IMG/VR virus record: IMGVR_UViG_3300032242_001752 | Location: 24,563 to 88,562 of that record | Origin: a virus | Length of the DNA: 64,000 bases | Reading direction: 5' to 3' (one strand) | Shown: positions 38,607-48,709 of the stretch, in pieces | Numbering within the stretch: position 1 is the first letter of the stretch | Layout: each line of letters opens with the position of its first letter | The notes under the pieces: generated by a model | Databases searched by the model: none | What the model was told of the DNA's origin: nothing | Seen by the model: the letters and a program-made list of their open reading frames with translations, nothing else | Made by a program: the position numbers and the translations under genes

Positions 38607-38981
38607 TTGTCCAACCCCTTTATTAGCCTATTTTCTGAGCCGGAAGAGTGGCAAAATCAAGCCAAGTGTGGCACTAGAGACTATAATGAAATCACTAAAG
38701 AATATACGTCTGTGTATGACCCAGACTTGTGGTTTCCGCCTCGTGATAAAGATTTATATAAACCAATAGCAGATAGAGCTAAATCAATTTGTTTTGGTAG
38801 AGATGGTCGCGGAGAATGCCCTGTAAGACTACAGTGTTTAATGTTCGCAGATAAGACCGAAGAGGTGCACGGAATCTGGGGCGGAATGAGCCACAGAGAA
38901 AGAAATGCACTAAAGCGTAAAGCAGAAAAACAAGGAACCACTCTAGAAGAACTTGCAAAAAAATCTAGTAGACAAACTTAA
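38607..38981 (+). CDS. whiB: WhiB-family Fe-S transcription factor
   Basis: WQNQAKC...AKSIC...CPVRLQC...GIWGGMSHRER. Confidence 0.92.
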   Translation: MSNPFISLFSEPEEWQNQAKCGTRDYNEITKEYTSVYDPDLWFPPRDKDLYKPIADRAKSICFGRDGRGECPVRLQCLMFADKTEEVHGIWGGMSHRERNALKRKAEKQGTTLEELAKKSSRQT

Positions 38982-39018
38982 AAAAGTATGCTAGGTTCTT
39001 CAGTGGAGGAAATAAAAT

Positions 39019-39894
39019 ATGCCAGATAAAAAACTGAAAAAGATACCTGCCGGTGCACTGAAGAACTTTGTAGATGCGGGTAAAGCAACAACTAGAGTGA
39101 TTAGCAAAGTTGAACGCTTTGTATTATCACAGCCAATTGATAACTCGCGTGCATTTAACGGGCTACATCCATCAGCCATGGTAAGCGAATACTGGTGCCA
39201 TCGTGCATCCTATTTCCACTTAAAAGGAAATATTCCAGCCCCACAAGACCGTAACTTTAAACGCGAATTAATTTTTGCGCAGGGTCATGGAATCCACAAT
39301 ACGTGGCAGAACTGGCTACGCGACATGGGTAAGCTGTATGGCGTTTGGAAATGCCTTAACTGTGACGCACACTTCTGGGATACTAGCCCAGTAAACTGTG
39401 ATGCCTGCCAAACAAATGGTCCATTGGTATATAAAGAAGTTCCAGTAGAACACAAGCCACTAATGATTACCGGCCACTCAGATGGTTGGTTAAAAGGGTT
39501 CGGCGATGACCTAATGCTTGAAATTAAGTCAGTAGGTGCCGGTACATTTATGTGGTACGACCGTTCAGCCTGGTTTGCAGGCGATCAGAATTTTGATTCG
39601 GCCTGGAAAAATCTTAAAGCCCCATTCTCAGCCCACATTGCCCAGGTACAGTTGTACATGAAAGTATTAGAACTATCTGGTCGTACAGATGTTCCACAGG
39701 AGGCTGTGCTTATTTATGAGGCAAAGCCTACGCAAGATGTAAAAGAGTTTGTAGTTCGTAAGGATGATTGGGCAATTCAAACGATTATCGATGGCGCGCA
39801 ACTTGTGGTAGACTCACTAGATAAGAATGTTGCACCAGATTGTAATATCGGTGGTGCGCTAAAGTGCAAGCAATGCGGAGGGTTCAATGAGTAA
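39019..39894 (+). CDS. Cas4-like PD-(D/E)xK exonuclease
   Basis: HPS...C.R, GHSDG, LEIKS, QVQLYM, terminal Cys cluster. Confidence 0.8.
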   Translation: MPDKKLKKIPAGALKNFVDAGKATTRVISKVERFVLSQPIDNSRAFNGLHPSAMVSEYWCHRASYFHLKGNIPAPQDRNFKRELIFAQGHGIHNTWQNWLRDMGKLYGVWKCLNCDAHFWDTSPVNCDACQTNGPLVYKEVPVEHKPLMITGHSDGWLKGFGDDLMLEIKSVGAGTFMWYDRSAWFAGDQNFDSAWKNLKAPFSAHIAQVQLYMKVLELSGRTDVPQEAVLIYEAKPTQDVKEFVVRKDDWAIQTIIDGAQLVVDSLDKNVAPDCNIGGALKCKQCGGFNE

Positions 39895-40390
39895 GACAAC
39901 TTTAATTACAAACGACACTAGCAAGTATATCTTGGATATGCTTGATGAGCAAGGTCTATCAGTAGACCGTGAAACATATATGCCGCGTCCACAGCTACCT
40001 GCTGATATTACAGAGCTAGATGATGAAGACCTAATGCGTTTGTATACCCATCTGTCGGCATATAGCGAGTTCTTAGGAACTCAGCTAGCCTGCGCAATCA
40101 TTGATGAAAAAGACGCAGAGCGCAATAGAGATTACGCTGAGTCAGAGGCAATGCTACGTCACCAGACAAACAATGCCAAGACCACAGTGACTATTATCAA
40201 GGCCCTAGTTGATGGCGACCCTACACTTGCAGAAGTTCGTCAAGAGGCCCTGGTTAAGTATTCGTACCGTAAGATGCTAGAAACCATGGTAAACAACTAT
40301 GAGCGTAGCACTGCCGTATGTAGTCGTGAACTAACTCGTAGAACATCTAGCGATAACTTTAAGACTAGAAGTCGTAAGTTTACCGCATAA
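39887..40390 (+). CDS. Coiled-coil protein, possibly UvsY-like recombination mediator
   Basis: Helical pattern and context (RecA, SSB, exonuclease, RuvC). Confidence 0.4.
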   Translation: MSKTTLITNDTSKYILDMLDEQGLSVDRETYMPRPQLPADITELDDEDLMRLYTHLSAYSEFLGTQLACAIIDEKDAERNRDYAESEAMLRHQTNNAKTTVTIIKALVDGDPTLAEVRQEALVKYSYRKMLETMVNNYERSTAVCSRELTRRTSSDNFKTRSRKFTA

Positions 40391-40980
40391 TGGCAAAAGA
40401 TAAAGTATTTGGACCAGGCTTGGGGTTAGATGTAAATAACATCGCTATCGGCATAGACCAATCTTATTCAGGATTCGGAATAACTGTACTCGATGTAGAT
40501 GATGTATCTGACTATAAAACTACTGTATTTAAAGCAGAAGGACTACACGTTGACCGTTTAGTCTGGATTCAAGAAAAACTTACAGAAGTGATGGACTACT
40601 ATACTTATTATAATAGGCCTTCGTCAATCACCGTAGCTATGGAAGGTTATGCCTTTGGTACCACAATGGCCCATATGCTAGGTGAGTTAGGTGCCATAGT
40701 AAAATTGGTGTGCTATAACGAGCTGGATGGGTTTGAGGGAAAATATCCATACATTATTCCGCCAACTACTTTAAAGAAGTACATAACTGGAAAAGGCACA
40801 GGGGTACAGAAAAACCAAATCCTTTTAAATGTGTACAAGAAATGGGGCGTAGAGTTTAATGATGACAACGCCGCAGACTCGTATGCCCTAGCTATGCTAG
40901 CTGCAGGTAAAGGTTCCCTGGCCTACGAGCTAGAAATCCTGGAAAAGATTAAGGGACCTAACTTTAGGGAAAAGCCATAA
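40390..40980 (+). CDS. ruvC: RuvC-like Holliday junction resolvase
   Basis: IGIDQS..G, AMEGY, PTTLKK, DNAADS. Confidence 0.85.
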   Translation: MAKDKVFGPGLGLDVNNIAIGIDQSYSGFGITVLDVDDVSDYKTTVFKAEGLHVDRLVWIQEKLTEVMDYYTYYNRPSSITVAMEGYAFGTTMAHMLGELGAIVKLVCYNELDGFEGKYPYIIPPTTLKKYITGKGTGVQKNQILLNVYKKWGVEFNDDNAADSYALAMLAAGKGSLAYELEILEKIKGPNFREKP

Positions 40981-41410
40981 TGTGGTCCGCATTCAGTAAT
41001 GGTGTAAAAAAACGATTATTTGTAATTCGAATATTTGCATATTTAATAGCCAGAAGTTATTTAACTATTGATAAACAAAATGCAAGAATAAGAGAATTAG
41101 AAAAAGAATTAAAAAGTAGGAGAAGGTAAATGTTAGAAACAATTGCAGCAGTCGTGCTTGCCATAGCAGTATTAGTTTTAAGTATTATTTTATTAGCCGC
41201 AGTGATGACGTTCCTAGGCGTAGTAAAAGGCGTAGACCTAGAGCACCTGCACGACGATGACCTCGAATAAAAATTTAAAGGGCACAGGACTAACAGGCTG
41301 GTGCATAACCGGCCATCACACTACCTGCCCAGTAGTGATAAAATTTACTACAGGAACAATAGATGAAAAAGTGTGTAGCTGCGAATGCCACACAGAACAA
41401 GGAGAATAAC

Positions 41411-41860
41411 ATGCCCATGCCCGTAGATGTACCAACAAATATCCTAGGACCATTTAGAGACCTAGATGAAGCACAGCAGGAATTTATCCGTAAATCCGGA
41501 CCTACAACTCAAGAGCTAAGGGAACAACTTATTCAAGATAATTTTGAAAAAGCGCTAGCAGCTAAGTTTTTAGAGGCTGAAGAATTATTAATTAAAAAGC
41601 ACAAAGACTATGGGCCAAAGAACATTAGCCAAAGTCCTGGTGGACCATTGAACGGCCTTAGAGTACGTATGCACGATAAGCTGGCCAGAATCAATCACCT
41701 ATACGATAGCGGAGCTGAGCCTGAAAATGAAAGCCTGCGCGATAGCTTCATAGATTTGGCGAATTATGCAATTATTGCCCTTATGGTTCTAGACGGTGAC
41801 TGGGATAATAGAACTATTGAGCCTCAGCCCGACCTTAGAGAAAATTTGGATTGGGCCTAA
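41411..41860 (+). CDS. DUF1599 / nucleotide-modification-associated domain protein
   Basis: KKHKDYG, RMHDKLAR, ESLRDSFIDLANYAII. Confidence 0.75.
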   Translation: MPMPVDVPTNILGPFRDLDEAQQEFIRKSGPTTQELREQLIQDNFEKALAAKFLEAEELLIKKHKDYGPKNISQSPGGPLNGLRVRMHDKLARINHLYDSGAEPENESLRDSFIDLANYAIIALMVLDGDWDNRTIEPQPDLRENLDWA

Positions 41861-41921
41861 ATTAGCCTATTTTACCCTTATAGTAGTAAATACGGGAGTA
41901 CTAACTACTTAAAGGAATAAT

Positions 41922-42203
41922 ATGTCTGAATCACAAGATGAAGCAGTACTGCGCGTAAGCGCATCTAGCAGCCCGCAGTCAGTAGCCTCAGCAATTGCCC
42001 ACGCTATTTATGAAAAAGGAACTTGTAAACTCCGTGCCGTAGGTGCGGGACCAGTTAACCAAGCCGTAAAAGCGATTGCTATTGCCAGTGGGTACACAGC
42101 ACCCCGAGGAATCAGCCTGGTTTGTATTCCAGGTTTCCAATCCGTTGAAATTAACGGAGAAAACATCAGCGCTATAGTGTTTAAAGTAAATTCGGTTAAT
42201 TAA
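41922..42203 (+). CDS. spoVS: SpoVS-family protein
   Basis: LRVSASSSPQSVASAIA...AVGAGPVNQAVKAIAIA...PGF...ISAIVF. Confidence 0.88.
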   Translation: MSESQDEAVLRVSASSSPQSVASAIAHAIYEKGTCKLRAVGAGPVNQAVKAIAIASGYTAPRGISLVCIPGFQSVEINGENISAIVFKVNSVN

Positions 42204-42266
42204 GCATATTTAACTAATTTACTGTACCGTTATAGTATCAACCATCTTAGGCCAAAGAGGTAAACT

Positions 42267-42575
42267 ATGGACCAACCAAACAGCAAGTTCAAGACTATGG
42301 GAACTAGCAATGTTCACGCTAATAACGTATCAGGAGCCCCTGAAAGAGGGAAACTGGTAAAAAAGAAGAACACAGCAGCCGGCAATAACTGGGGTAAAAC
42401 CGGTGTTAAGCCACGTGTTAAGGTTACAAGCAGAAGTGAACACGGAATTCCTGCTAAGATGCCAGCTTGGAAAGACCCACAGATTGGTCCTACCCAGGGC
42501 TCTGGTCGTCTATTCAAAGCAGCAATTAACCGTACTGCCCCTAACTTTACTGATGGCATGTCTGACCACAACTAA
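42267..42575 (+). CDS. Basic hypothetical protein
   Basis: ORF track; followed by terminator. Confidence 0.6.
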   Translation: MDQPNSKFKTMGTSNVHANNVSGAPERGKLVKKKNTAAGNNWGKTGVKPRVKVTSRSEHGIPAKMPAWKDPQIGPTQGSGRLFKAAINRTAPNFTDGMSDHN

Positions 42576-42589
42576 GTTAGCCCCCAGAG

Positions 42590-42613
42590 AACCCGCCGAA
42601 AGGCGGGTTTTTT
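42590..42613 (+). terminator. Rho-independent terminator
   Basis: AACCCGCC-GAAA-GGCGGGTT followed by T-run. Confidence 0.85.
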
Positions 42614-42620
42614 ATTGCCC

Positions 42621-42649
42621 TTGACAAATCAAAAATTATCAGCGATAAT
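42621..42649 (+). promoter_or_regulatory. Sigma-A promoter
   Basis: TTGACA-17nt-GATAAT. Confidence 0.65.
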
Positions 42650-42664
42650 CAGTGTAGGTCACAA

Positions 42665-42937
42665 ATGAGTGTGACTACAGCCGAGAGAAGGTTTATGTTA
42701 ATCGATGAGTTAAAAGCACTATCCGCTAAATCCGATATGGTCGGTTGTATAGTTGGCGTTTGGGTAGTTGAACAAGACAAAGAGTTTCAAGAAGTATTTG
42801 GCACCCTTATAGGTAAGCCTAACTTGAACATGTCAGAGGCATTTAAATTAATTAAAAAATACTATCCAGATGTGCCGTTTAAACAAACGTCATTTAATTA
42901 CCACATCCGAGGAGTCTGCACTTGTCTGACAGCTTAG
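42665..42937 (+). CDS. Hypothetical protein
   Basis: ORF track; C-terminal H..G.C.C. Confidence 0.55.
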   Translation: MSVTTAERRFMLIDELKALSAKSDMVGCIVGVWVVEQDKEFQEVFGTLIGKPNLNMSEAFKLIKKYYPDVPFKQTSFNYHIRGVCTCLTA

Positions 42938-43932
42938 CCAAAGAACTAGCGAAACTTTTAAGGGAAGACCCAGTAAAAGAATTTCCAATCCTACAGGCAC
43001 AAAAAATGACAATTAAACCGTCAACTATTATTAAGCCAAAAAAGGGAAAGAACGAGTGGAAGTTAGCTGCTTTGCTACCGGACACCCAAATCGGTTATCG
43101 TGTATATGAAGACGGTACAGTAATCGAATTCCATTCCGAAAAAGCAATTGATATTGCCCTACAAATCCTAAACTATGCGCACCAACAGTTTGGCGTTGAC
43201 ACAGTAGTTAATCTAGGCGATACCCTAGACCTACCCGCACAGAGCCGTCACCACCAAGAGATTGCGTTCCAGAACTCGACTAACCTAGCCATCCAGCGCG
43301 GTTACGAGTACCTAGCCGCCCAGCGTGCCACTGTACCGGATGCGGAAATTGTATTCCTAGAAGGTAACCACGACTGCCGTATATATAAGTATTTGGCAGA
43401 AAACGCGCCAGCGGTGTCAAATATGCGCCAGGCTGGAACTACCCCAAGTGATTGGCCAGTAAACAGCCTGCCACATCTGTTGCGTATGGATGAACTTGGA
43501 ATCAAGTATGCCAGCGGATATCCGGCAGGAGAGTACTGGCTAAACGAGAACTTGCGCTGTATCCACGGTGACAGAGTTAATTCAAGCGGTAGCACTGCAA
43601 TGAAATATATTAATTCAAACCACCATGTTTCCGTAATTTATGGGCACATCCATCGCATTGAAATGCTGTACCACACGAACCATACAAGCACTGGCCCAGG
43701 CCGTAACGCTGCGTTTAGCCCTGGATGCCTATGTCGCGTAGACGGGTCTGTACCGAGCGTTAAAGGCGGAATTACCCCTAATGAGAAGCCAGTTAAATAC
43801 TGGGAGAACTGGCAACAGGGCGTTGGATTTGCGTGGTACAAAGATACGGGTGAGTTTACCTTGCTATCAGTACCTATCCTAGATGACTGGGCAGTATTTA
43901 TGGGCCAAGAGTTTAGAACACATATTCAATAA
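42922..43932 (+). CDS. Calcineurin-like metallophosphoesterase
   Basis: PDTQ, LGD, GNHD, HGD, GHIH. Confidence 0.88.
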   Translation: MSDSLAKELAKLLREDPVKEFPILQAQKMTIKPSTIIKPKKGKNEWKLAALLPDTQIGYRVYEDGTVIEFHSEKAIDIALQILNYAHQQFGVDTVVNLGDTLDLPAQSRHHQEIAFQNSTNLAIQRGYEYLAAQRATVPDAEIVFLEGNHDCRIYKYLAENAPAVSNMRQAGTTPSDWPVNSLPHLLRMDELGIKYASGYPAGEYWLNENLRCIHGDRVNSSGSTAMKYINSNHHVSVIYGHIHRIEMLYHTNHTSTGPGRNAAFSPGCLCRVDGSVPSVKGGITPNEKPVKYWENWQQGVGFAWYKDTGEFTLLSVPILDDWAVFMGQEFRTHIQ

Positions 43933-43952
43933 ATAGCGCCTAAACTATAGGT

Positions 43953-44474
43953 ATGCCGAGTCAAAACGTCCAAAGCCTCGGTGCCAATGGTTTATATGGC
44001 ACCTATACCACCTACGGAGGTGGAGGCGTACCTGTCGCTCGTTCAGAGCTTGACTACTTACGCATGGGTGTTGGTCGTGAGCCGTCTGCGGAATATCCAG
44101 ATGGTTATTTAGGCACAATCAGAACTCGCCGCGATGATCGTGGTCGCCCTAATAGCGTATCTGAGCAGGTCCTTGATGGACTAAAAGTACGCCAAACGCA
44201 ACGTGGTTATCAGCGCGGCGTTCATCGCGGCGAGCGTATTGACCCGAGTGATTACTACTTGCCGCCCCAGTTCGCAGAGAACCGTGGAATTATGAGACAA
44301 ATGGCTGCCGCTAAAAAGGGTAAGCCAACACCACGTTTTGCACCAGCCTTCTCACTAGCCCCAGCCCCTCACCTTGTAAATGATGGTAAGGCAAATACCC
44401 GTTCCCACGCCCCGCTAGAAATGAACGAAGTCCGAAAGACCCAGTTGCGCGGCCTAAGCCCACAGTGGAGATAA
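43953..44474 (+). CDS. Hypothetical protein (probably leaderless)
   Basis: ORF track; TAAACT 6 nt upstream of ATG. Confidence 0.65.
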   Translation: MPSQNVQSLGANGLYGTYTTYGGGGVPVARSELDYLRMGVGREPSAEYPDGYLGTIRTRRDDRGRPNSVSEQVLDGLKVRQTQRGYQRGVHRGERIDPSDYYLPPQFAENRGIMRQMAAAKKGKPTPRFAPAFSLAPAPHLVNDGKANTRSHAPLEMNEVRKTQLRGLSPQWR

Positions 44475-44475
44475 T

Positions 44476-44718
44476 ATGGCATTTTTAGCAGCATTTGGTG
44501 AATTAGGTGCAGCGGCTGAAGGCGCAGCTGCAGCTGAGGGCGCAGCTGGTGCAGCCGAAGGTGCAGTTAGCAAAGGTAATGCACTAAATAAGCCTGGTAT
44601 GCAGCAACTTAGCAGTTCAAATGGTAAAGAGAAAAAAGAATTACCGAAAGAGACATTGAACGATGAAGCAGCTGCCGCAAGTAGAGTAGCTAATTTTGAA
44701 ATAGGAAAGTCTGCATAA
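44476..44718 (+). CDS. Ala-rich hypothetical protein
   Basis: ORF track. Confidence 0.55.
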   Translation: MAFLAAFGELGAAAEGAAAAEGAAGAAEGAVSKGNALNKPGMQQLSSSNGKEKKELPKETLNDEAAAASRVANFEIGKSA

Positions 44719-44864
44719 TGGATACCCCACAAACAGGAACTATGACCGATAGGTCAGTAGATAAAGAAGCTGAAAAGTCTGATGGTGCTGTCGTAGCCAT
44801 GCCAAGCGAAAGCCGTAAAGAGGCCTTTAGCACTGGCATGGGAAATAGTAATTACGGAGTTTAA

Positions 44865-45221
44865 ATGCCTAATACCCCAGATGGTAAATATGGATATAGG
44901 GCATGGGATAAGCCTGTAGGTGTACCAAAAGAAGCTGCAATGCCTCCACAAGAGTACATTGGCCCTTTTGCAAGTAACAGTGAGAGATTGGTCACACAAG
45001 CCCTTAAAGTCGGTAATTTGACTGGCCAAGAGATACAGCAGTATGTCCGTCCGCCACTACCACAGGTGCAGTTATTCCCACAGCGTTTTGGATACGAAGT
45101 TAGCGAATACGGTATCAGAGACATCGTAGAACTTACAGGACGACCACAGACTCGCGTAGATTACTCACAGCAGCCTACAACCACAGAATCCACAAGCACA
45201 AACGCGTTAGGAAATACTTAA
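44865..45221 (+). CDS. Hypothetical protein
   Basis: ORF track. Confidence 0.6.
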   Translation: MPNTPDGKYGYRAWDKPVGVPKEAAMPPQEYIGPFASNSERLVTQALKVGNLTGQEIQQYVRPPLPQVQLFPQRFGYEVSEYGIRDIVELTGRPQTRVDYSQQPTTTESTSTNALGNT

Positions 45222-45222
45222 T

Positions 45223-45432
45223 ATGGATTTACGCATGATTGACCCAACAGGTGAAGGCACATCATTTCCTTCACCATACCCAGCAGACGCAGGCCGCACA
45301 AGTTATAATGGGGATAGTAACTGTAAAAGCTGTGGACTTATTCTAAACCCAGTTCAGTCACTTAACTCGGACCTTTGCCCGTCTTGCTCAAGACGTACCG
45401 CAATAAATCGCGTTAAAAATAAGATGGTCTAA
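45223..45432 (+). CDS. Small zinc-ribbon protein
   Basis: CKSCG...CPSC. Confidence 0.6.
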   Translation: MDLRMIDPTGEGTSFPSPYPADAGRTSYNGDSNCKSCGLILNPVQSLNSDLCPSCSRRTAINRVKNKMV

Positions 45433-45442
45433 GGAGACAATC

Positions 45443-45649
45443 ATGGCAGTAAATAAATCACGTTCAGAGAACGAGAGCCTAAAAGAAGGCGCGACTGACG
45501 GTAAGTACCGTAAGCGTCGCCCTAACACAACCGTAGCTCCAGGACAGGGTGATCAGACTGTTGCGCAAAACCGCGCAGGTCTACACCCATACATGAATTA
45601 CGGTTTTATCAACAGTGAAGACCCTAACAAAGTAAATCCAGGAAAGTAG
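45443..45649 (+). CDS. Hypothetical protein
   Basis: ORF track; SD AAGGAG. Confidence 0.6.
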   Translation: MAVNKSRSENESLKEGATDGKYRKRRPNTTVAPGQGDQTVAQNRAGLHPYMNYGFINSEDPNKVNPGK

Positions 45650-45654
45650 ACAAA

Positions 45655-45879
45655 ATGCCAGAATTTCATGACCGCCGTACAGGTGAAACCCACCAACTTG
45701 GAGTAAGTATTGAGGGCGTTCACTACCCAAGTTCTAGAGATGCAGTTAATGGGCCAGAGGCCACTAAACAACTTAATGAAAAGTACAAAGGTAAGCCTAT
45801 TAGAAAAGCCCTAGCAAAAACCGCATTAAAGGTACTAGCAGCAGGAATGGATTTTGCTGATAAAAAAGCAAATAAATAA
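45655..45879 (+). CDS. Hypothetical protein
   Basis: ORF track. Confidence 0.55.
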   Translation: MPEFHDRRTGETHQLGVSIEGVHYPSSRDAVNGPEATKQLNEKYKGKPIRKALAKTALKVLAAGMDFADKKANK

Positions 45880-45909
45880 TCCTTAAAAAGACACAGGAAA
45901 TTAACTATT

Positions 45910-46755
45910 ATGCCTAGAAGACCTAATCCAGCGACAATTATTACTGCCAGTAATAAAGAAATTAAACGCGGAAAAGAAATCGCAGCGTCTGGTGGAGACC
46001 AGGTTAGCGATGCGCCATTAAAAGCATCCGAAGCTGGCTTAAATGTAGTAAATAAAAAAACAAATTTAAGCCCAGCTGCACAAGCTAGATTAGACGCAAA
46101 AGGCACAGACTTAGACTTCAATGTTAATGCTCTAGCGCGTAAAGGCGCACAAAAGTTAATGAAGCCTAAAAAAGCAAGAGTTAATATAGGTGCAATATCT
46201 GGGGAAACTAGGTTTGGGTCATCCGCTAGAAAAATAATGAGCCCAGAAACCACCAGTAAATTTGAAGAATTAGTTGCCAATTACCACAATAGAACAGCTG
46301 GCTCTGCACCGGCTGAGGGCCACAAAAGAACAATTCATTCGATGCTAAGAACAGAAGGTGCGCCAGACATCAGGGGAGCAATGAAGATACCTTGTTCTGT
46401 AGTAGGATGTAAAGGCACAACAACTATTGGAAGTAATTTAGGTTCAGGGCTTACTCATAAAGAGTTAAGCGAAGGAAAAAATGCTCCTAAAGTTCCTCAC
46501 AAATTTATGAAAGCGGAACTTGCTGCGACAGGTCAAGAAGAAGGCGGACAAAGCGAAGGCTATAGATGTGTAGGCTGTACTACTGCGCCTAAACAAGGCT
46601 CTGTTGATTTATGGGAGTCTATGGGAGATACTGAAAAAACAAGAGAAGTCGCAAAAACTAAAGTTAGAAAAGATAGAAAAGCTGCTAATAAGCGTACTGC
46701 TTTCAGTAAAGTTGAAACTAGAAATTTGAATGACAAAAAACCAAAAAACAAGTAA
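45910..46755 (+). CDS. Lys-rich hypothetical protein
   Basis: ORF track. Confidence 0.6.
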   Translation: MPRRPNPATIITASNKEIKRGKEIAASGGDQVSDAPLKASEAGLNVVNKKTNLSPAAQARLDAKGTDLDFNVNALARKGAQKLMKPKKARVNIGAISGETRFGSSARKIMSPETTSKFEELVANYHNRTAGSAPAEGHKRTIHSMLRTEGAPDIRGAMKIPCSVVGCKGTTTIGSNLGSGLTHKELSEGKNAPKVPHKFMKAELAATGQEEGGQSEGYRCVGCTTAPKQGSVDLWESMGDTEKTREVAKTKVRKDRKAANKRTAFSKVETRNLNDKKPKNK

Positions 46756-46805
46756 CCACTAGTATAGTATGATAGGCTAAATACCTATTCTAACAGGAGC
46801 ATTAT

Positions 46806-47303
46806 ATGTCTAAAAAAGAAGAGCAAGAGCCCTATTTCCGCCTATTGGTCTGTAAGAACTGTCGTACCATTGACGAATTACCCTCAGCCGAGGAAGACCC
46901 AGGCGATACCCTTTTAAACATTACGGTAGAGCGCCACGGTGATATGCACTATGGCCGTCTATGGAACGTGCCTAAAGCCGTTTGGATGACACCAGCCCTT
47001 AAAGAAGATGTTATTAAGCAACTGTCTGGTGGCGAAGGTGATGGTCTAGGTCTGCCTTTCTATAATACTCGTATGCAGTTTGCGGAAGACGCTATGACCT
47101 GCTACAGTATTCATAACCGCCCAAAGGGTCAGTGCCCTGATTATAAGTCAGACAAAAAGAAACTTTCGGCAGGCACTGAACAAATGCGTAAGGCTGAAAA
47201 CCTAAATAAGTACGCGGGACCTACAGTGTATCTATGCGACTTCTGCCCAGTTAAATCATTCAATATGGTAAAAACCCACGATAAAATCAAAGCATTCGAC
47301 TAA
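46806..47303 (+). CDS. Cys-rich hypothetical protein
   Basis: CKNC, C...H...C, CDFC; SD AGGAG. Confidence 0.65.
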   Translation: MSKKEEQEPYFRLLVCKNCRTIDELPSAEEDPGDTLLNITVERHGDMHYGRLWNVPKAVWMTPALKEDVIKQLSGGEGDGLGLPFYNTRMQFAEDAMTCYSIHNRPKGQCPDYKSDKKKLSAGTEQMRKAENLNKYAGPTVYLCDFCPVKSFNMVKTHDKIKAFD

Positions 47304-47315
47304 AAGGAATATAAA

Positions 47316-47576
47316 ATGTCAGAAGAAACACAGAACAAAACCACCGCTCCAGAGGTACCTACCTTTGAAACAGGCTTTTTAGTGGTTAAGGCTAAGACAG
47401 GCGCTTGGCATGTACTTACAGACCTATCCGCTCCCCTTTCTATAGAGCGTGAAACTACCCTTAATGAGGTCCGCGTAGGCTCCTCAGAGGTCGCTTATTC
47501 ACTAGGCCAACAGCAACTGGCTGCTTTGATTATAACCGCCCTAGCACCCCAGCCCGAAGGTACAATAGAAGAGTAA
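47316..47576 (+). CDS. Hypothetical protein
   Basis: ORF track. Confidence 0.6.
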   Translation: MSEETQNKTTAPEVPTFETGFLVVKAKTGAWHVLTDLSAPLSIERETTLNEVRVGSSEVAYSLGQQQLAALIITALAPQPEGTIEE

Positions 47577-47597
47577 ACTTACTTCTAGGAGAACCTT

Positions 47598-47807
47598 ATG
47601 TTTATCGAAATGTCCTGTAAATGCGGCGCGATGATTCAAATTGACGGGTTCAATGAAAGCTTTACTCAATTTACCACAGTCCGATTTCTAGAGGCCCATA
47701 CTGGCTGCGGTTTTGTAACCCCAGTAAAGCATGAAATGCCTGAACGAACAGTCAGAAAAGAAATGGACATTAGGCAAATTGTGCCTCTAGACGATGACGA
47801 GGATTAA
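47598..47807 (+). CDS. Small Cys/His protein
   Basis: CKCG...H..C; SD AGGAG. Confidence 0.6.
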   Translation: MFIEMSCKCGAMIQIDGFNESFTQFTTVRFLEAHTGCGFVTPVKHEMPERTVRKEMDIRQIVPLDDDED

Positions 47808-48701
47808 ATGCTAAACCCAAAAAACACATCTTATTTCAGTGAACCATCTGCTGTACTAGACCCGCGACTATTTAAAAGCGATAAGGTACAGCCTTCAGTT
47901 CGCTCTGCTGTTTTACAATTACTATTTAACCATTTAGACAAATACTATACAAGTAGTAATGCCTGGGCACATGTCTGGCTAGCTGGTTCAGGCGTATCCT
48001 ATAACTGGGCTGCGCATAGAGACCCAGGTGACTTAGACTGTTTAATTGGAATTGACTATAAGCGATTTAGAGAAGCAAATAACCAATTTACAGGACTAAG
48101 CGATAAAGAAATCGCATCAACTCTTAACGAGGGCTTCCGAGCCGAACTGCACCCAATTACAAATGAGTTTCTGGGTTCTTTTGAACTAACTTTTTATGTA
48201 AATGTTCATAGCAACATTGTGGATATTAAACCTTATGCCGCCTACTCTTTGACCGATGACGATTGGACTGTTGCTCCAGCACCATTAAAAGTTGAAGCTA
48301 GCTCTGCTTGGAAGAACGCCACAGAGAACGATAGGATTCAAGCAATTGATATCCTAACTAAATATCAAAATGCTAAAACTAAATATGAGCAAGTAAATAA
48401 CGAAGCTCTAAAAGCAAACGCCAGATCCGAAATGCGAATTGCTATGGCTCAAGGTATCGCTCTATACGATAGTGTTCACCAAGGGCGTTCTTCAGCCTTT
48501 AGTCCATCTGGCGAAGGCTATTCAGATTTTGCTAATTACCGCTGGCAAGCAGGTAAGCAGTCTGGAGTAATCCAAGCCTTACGTTCACTAAAAGATGAGA
48601 TGGACACCCAAGACGCAGCACTAAATCAGTCACTATACGGAGTAGATTTGCCAGACGCGAGTACGCTTATTCGCCGCGCTGCAACTCGTCGTACTATCTA
48701 A
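47808..48701 (+). CDS. Pol-beta superfamily nucleotidyltransferase
   Basis: LAGSGVSY...GDLDC; distal ELTFYV. Confidence 0.7.
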   Translation: MLNPKNTSYFSEPSAVLDPRLFKSDKVQPSVRSAVLQLLFNHLDKYYTSSNAWAHVWLAGSGVSYNWAAHRDPGDLDCLIGIDYKRFREANNQFTGLSDKEIASTLNEGFRAELHPITNEFLGSFELTFYVNVHSNIVDIKPYAAYSLTDDDWTVAPAPLKVEASSAWKNATENDRIQAIDILTKYQNAKTKYEQVNNEALKANARSEMRIAMAQGIALYDSVHQGRSSAFSPSGEGYSDFANYRWQAGKQSGVIQALRSLKDEMDTQDAALNQSLYGVDLPDASTLIRRAATRRTI

Positions 48702-48709
48702 GGATTAAA

